Assembly: GCA_900088475.1 (NCBI GenBank)
Contig: FLMG01000335.1
Coordinates: forward strand, 196,692 to 260,691
Direction of reading: 5' to 3'
Source: Hyphochytrium catenoides
Taxonomy: Eukaryota; Protista; Hyphochytriomycota
Length of the DNA: 64,000 nucleotides
The position numbers and the translations under genes were made by a program. This document shows, one piece after another, positions 60,876 through 64,000 of the stretch; within the stretch, counting starts at the first letter, position 1, and the number at the start of each line of letters is the position of its first letter. The notes beneath the pieces were generated by a model. It had not been told where the DNA came from and did not search any database. It saw nothing but the letters and a program-made list of their open reading frames with translations.

Positions 60876-63147
60876 TCACATCCAGGGGACGCACTGGGGC
60901 ACATTTTCTACGATTCCTCCGATCCCCAGCCTCCAGAAGTCAAGAAGGACAGTAACAAGCATGCATCCGCCTAGCGAGTCAATGGCCACCTGTCCGAGAG
61001 GCCAGCGTGCGCCAGGATGCTCACAAAGCCTGCATCGTAAAAGACAAAGGAGCGGTGGGGAAGGAATGGAAGAGGTCAATAGTTATACAAGAGCTGCCGC
61101 CTTCCACATTGCTCTCTCTTTCTCTATTCTCCGCTCACATACTTATTCTAGCGGTTGGGCCAACCTCCAGTTTCTCTCTTGAACCCATACTAGTACGCCC
61201 CACAGTAGACCGGGATAAAATGCCAGATACCATAAAGGCTAAAAGCATTCTCTTTACCCTTCCCATCCTATGTCTCTCGATATTCTTTTTCTCTCTCTTT
61301 CCCCCCCTCTCTCTGTTTCCCTATTTGTCTCCCTCCTAACAAGCAACCCCATCTTTACTCTCTCTATAGATACATGTATATATATTTCTCTTTCTCTCTC
61401 TTGTGTCTCTCTCTTCCTCTTTGTGGCCCCTTTCTCTCTTCCAGACAAAATTCATCTATGAGCCCGCACCTGTAGTACATGGGGAAGCTGACAATAAAGT
61501 ATATCCCGTAGCACGCGGACCCCACCAGGTACATGAGCCTGCGGTCCTTGAAGGTGTAATACGGGTACTGGACACCATCGAACAGGAGTCAAAATTGGAA
61601 CATATACCGGCAACGGGAGAGGGAAAGTGGAATGAAGCGATGGATCTAGTATAAATGGAGCAGGAGAGAGATAGAGACAGGGAGGAAATAGTGATAAGGA
61701 AGCGAGCTTCTTACCGAAGAGATCGTGAGTGTCTCCATGAAGGCAGTAAAGTAGGCCATGGCTGCGATGTACATGGAAGATACCAGAAGCGCCGTGACTG
61801 GCCCTCTCCTCTTATACCAGGAAGAAGTCCAGAACCTCCTCAAAGCAATAGTGGTGAGAGTGTGATATGTGCAAAAGTACGCGTGCGTGATAAGAATAAA
61901 GGAAATTGGCACCTGGGTAGCGCATGAGAAGAAGATATGTTAGCTGGTCCACTCTAGGCTGTAAAGAGGTGGAAGACCACGAGAATGATAGACATAAGGC
62001 TTCAAAGGAAAGGACAGAGATCACGTCGAGACAAGGACCACGTGACAGTAGCTCGTCACACGTCCTAACCATTGGTCCGGCAAAAGAAAAGATCACGGGC
62101 CGTTCATGAAGTTTGTTTGGATTAGATAAAACTTCAACGAAAGATGCCAGGGAAAGAGAAAGAGTAGCGCAGCAAAGGACAGAGGGGGAGTTTATTCAGC
62201 TACAGGGAAGAGAACTTCGAGCAGAGGCCTGGAAAGAGGATGTCTGTACAGAGAGGTAGGGTCTCAAACTGAGCAGGATAGCATACATCATTGATCCTGT
62301 GAGCCTTGAAAGTGTACGCCGCGCCGAGAAGATTGTAGAAATAATGTGTCCAGAAGTAGTTGCCGATGAAGCTTAAGATGAAGATCCAGATGTTTGCCTT
62401 CACGAAGTAGCGATCCCAGAACGGAGTGGAAGGCTCGCCCTAGTGATTTCCAGGGACAAAGAGAAGAGGACCATGAGTGGTCAAACTCTTGAGTCGAAGA
62501 CCCAACATGGGCGCAAGGCGGAGAGAAAGGAGGAGAGCAACAATGAGAGGAAAAAACAAAGAGAGAGAGAGAGAGAGAGGCACCAACGATAGAGAGAGAC
62601 GCATGGTAGGGAGCGCTGAAGGTGCGACCGGTGTAGTCAAAGAGAGTGGGACACGTAATGAAAAAGGGAGTCGTCAACCTTGGTAACGATAGAAGACAAG
62701 CCAGACCACTCTAGGGAAGAGAACGAGTAGAGGAACAAACGAGCTCAGAAGGATAATGCCTGGGAGCCTGTTCATGCTGCTTACCTGGCCTGGGAACAGC
62801 AGAGGTCCGAGGAAGCACGGGAAGAAGAGTGTGAAGCCCACTTTCATGTACGACCACTCGTCGAACGACTGCGAGACAGCGGTCAGCGAAATCTGTCTTT
62901 CCTGCCCTCCCTTTCTCTCCCTCTCTCTCTCACTCTTTCTCTCTCTCTCTCTCTGTATTCCTTCGCATGCTTCTACCCTCTCTCACTCTCTCCTTTTTTC
63001 TTCTTTTTTTCTCTCCTTTTCTCGTTGCTCTCTCCTCTTCTGTCTCGTCAACTTCTCCTTCATTCAGAGAAACGACTTCTGCGTGTACTAACCTCGTTTT
63101 TCTAGGTGCTCTACTTCTCTGGATCTCCCTACATGCTCACTCTTCTA

Positions 63148-63209
<62 letters not shown>

Positions 63210-63482
63210 GCTAGCTAGCTCTTTCTTCTTCTCTCTCTCTCTCTCTGTGTACCTCATAGGCTTTCGTGACGACAATGCCGCCAAAGAAAGTGATCCAGAT
63301 GACGCTGTAATAGAGGAAAAAGAGTTCTGTCCATCGCTTCCCGGGAGATGTTGCTAGCCATCGCGGCTGCTGCTGCTTGCCTGGCAAGTAAGTGGGAAGC
63401 GAAGGAGACGTCAGAGGAGGAGGAGGATGGCAGAACGTGAACCATGAAGATTGAAGGTAGAAAGAGAGAGAACGAGAGCGCC

Positions 63483-63534
<52 letters not shown>

Positions 63535-63586
63535 GGAAAGAGAGACTGTGCCAAGTTCTCTGACGCTCACCATTCTTCTTCTGCAT
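60876..63586 (-). CDS. CPI1: Cycloeucalenol cycloisomerase (cyclopropyl sterol isomerase), multi-exon
   Basis: MQKKN|GKQQQPRWLATSPGKRWTELFFLYYS...YE | SFDEWSY | RYFVKANIWIFILSFIGNYFWTHYFYNLLGAAYTF...IND | VPISFILITHAYFCTYH...AYFTAFMETLTI | YPYYTF...GSACYGIYFIVSFPMY | DSLGGCMLVTVLLDFWRLGIG. Confidence 0.93.
63152..63208 (+). repeat. Perfect (CT)n microsatellite in a CPI1 intron
   Basis: ctctctctct... about 28 units. Confidence 0.95.
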
Positions 63587-63892
63587 CTTGGCTTGCCTTT
63601 CCTTATAAAAAGAGTTACCGTTCCACTTCAATGCCAGATCCTTCAAGCGTAGAAGTGAGAGATGGATGATTCTCAGAAGAGTGATCAAGCTTCTGTTGCT
63701 GGCGGAACGGAGTGGGAAGAGAGAGGAAGGAAGAGAGGTTGGATGTGTGAGGCTGCGAGGATAGAGCCAGAAATGGAGACAAAAGAAGAGGGAAGAGAGA
63801 CAGACAAACTAGCAAGCCGCCAGAGCAAGGGGTGAGAAAGAAAAAGAGAGATCGTACTGGTACAGTGAAGAGGACAAAAGGGGAGATAAAGA

Positions 63893-63918
63893 CAGAGAGA
63901 GAGAGAGTAAGAGAGAGA

Positions 63919-63951
<33 letters not shown>

Positions 63952-64000
63952 AGAGAAAGAGAGAGAGTGTGTGTGTGTGTGAAAGAGAGAGAGAGAGAGA
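63893..64000 (+). repeat. (GA)n and (GT)n microsatellite at window end
   Basis: agagagagag...gtgtgtgtgt...gagaga. Confidence 0.93.

Noticed and set aside
63211-63815. Long minus-strand ORFs 63254..63688 and 63211..63573 as the CPI1 N-terminus
   Set aside because: They read through a (CT)n intron; a phase-consistent gtgagc...ccag intron gives the short MQKKN|GKQQQ start instead.
1-64000. Alternative genetic code or non-canonical introns
   Set aside because: The conserved genes reconstruct with the standard code and GT-AG introns; TAA, TAG and TGA are all used as stops.

Overview
Gene-dense, intron-rich eukaryotic (protist) nuclear DNA with GT-AG introns, abundant (GA)n/(CT)n microsatellites and four N gaps. 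It is not prokaryotic, so the ORF track shows only exon fragments; I stitched gene models by hand from motifs and splice sites. About 19 genes can be supported: a GH27 alpha-galactosidase, an intronless bacterial-type LpqC/PHB-depolymerase-family esterase, a spliced proteobacterial-type MinC head-to-head with an Era GTPase (both with organelle-presequence-like N-termini), a CTD small phosphatase, ADF/cofilin, a zinc-ribbon + 3-LIM protein, an FHA protein, RUS1/DUF647, a membrane-anchored PhoD, an FKBP, a gamma-glutamyl hydrolase, a NUDT15-like Nudix hydrolase, NOL10/Enp2, cycloeucalenol cycloisomerase (CPI1) and three unknown proteins. The most interesting item is a single spliced gene (27526-32435) fusing a mannitol-dehydrogenase-family (UxaB/UxuB-like) reductase to a Bh0493-type uronate isomerase (UxaC), i.e. 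the first two steps of the bacterial hexuronate isomerase pathway in one eukaryotic polypeptide. MinC plus CPI1 point to a non-animal, non-fungal eukaryote (for example a stramenopile or amoebozoan); I cannot name the taxon from this window. Family assignments come from remembered motifs, not database searches.
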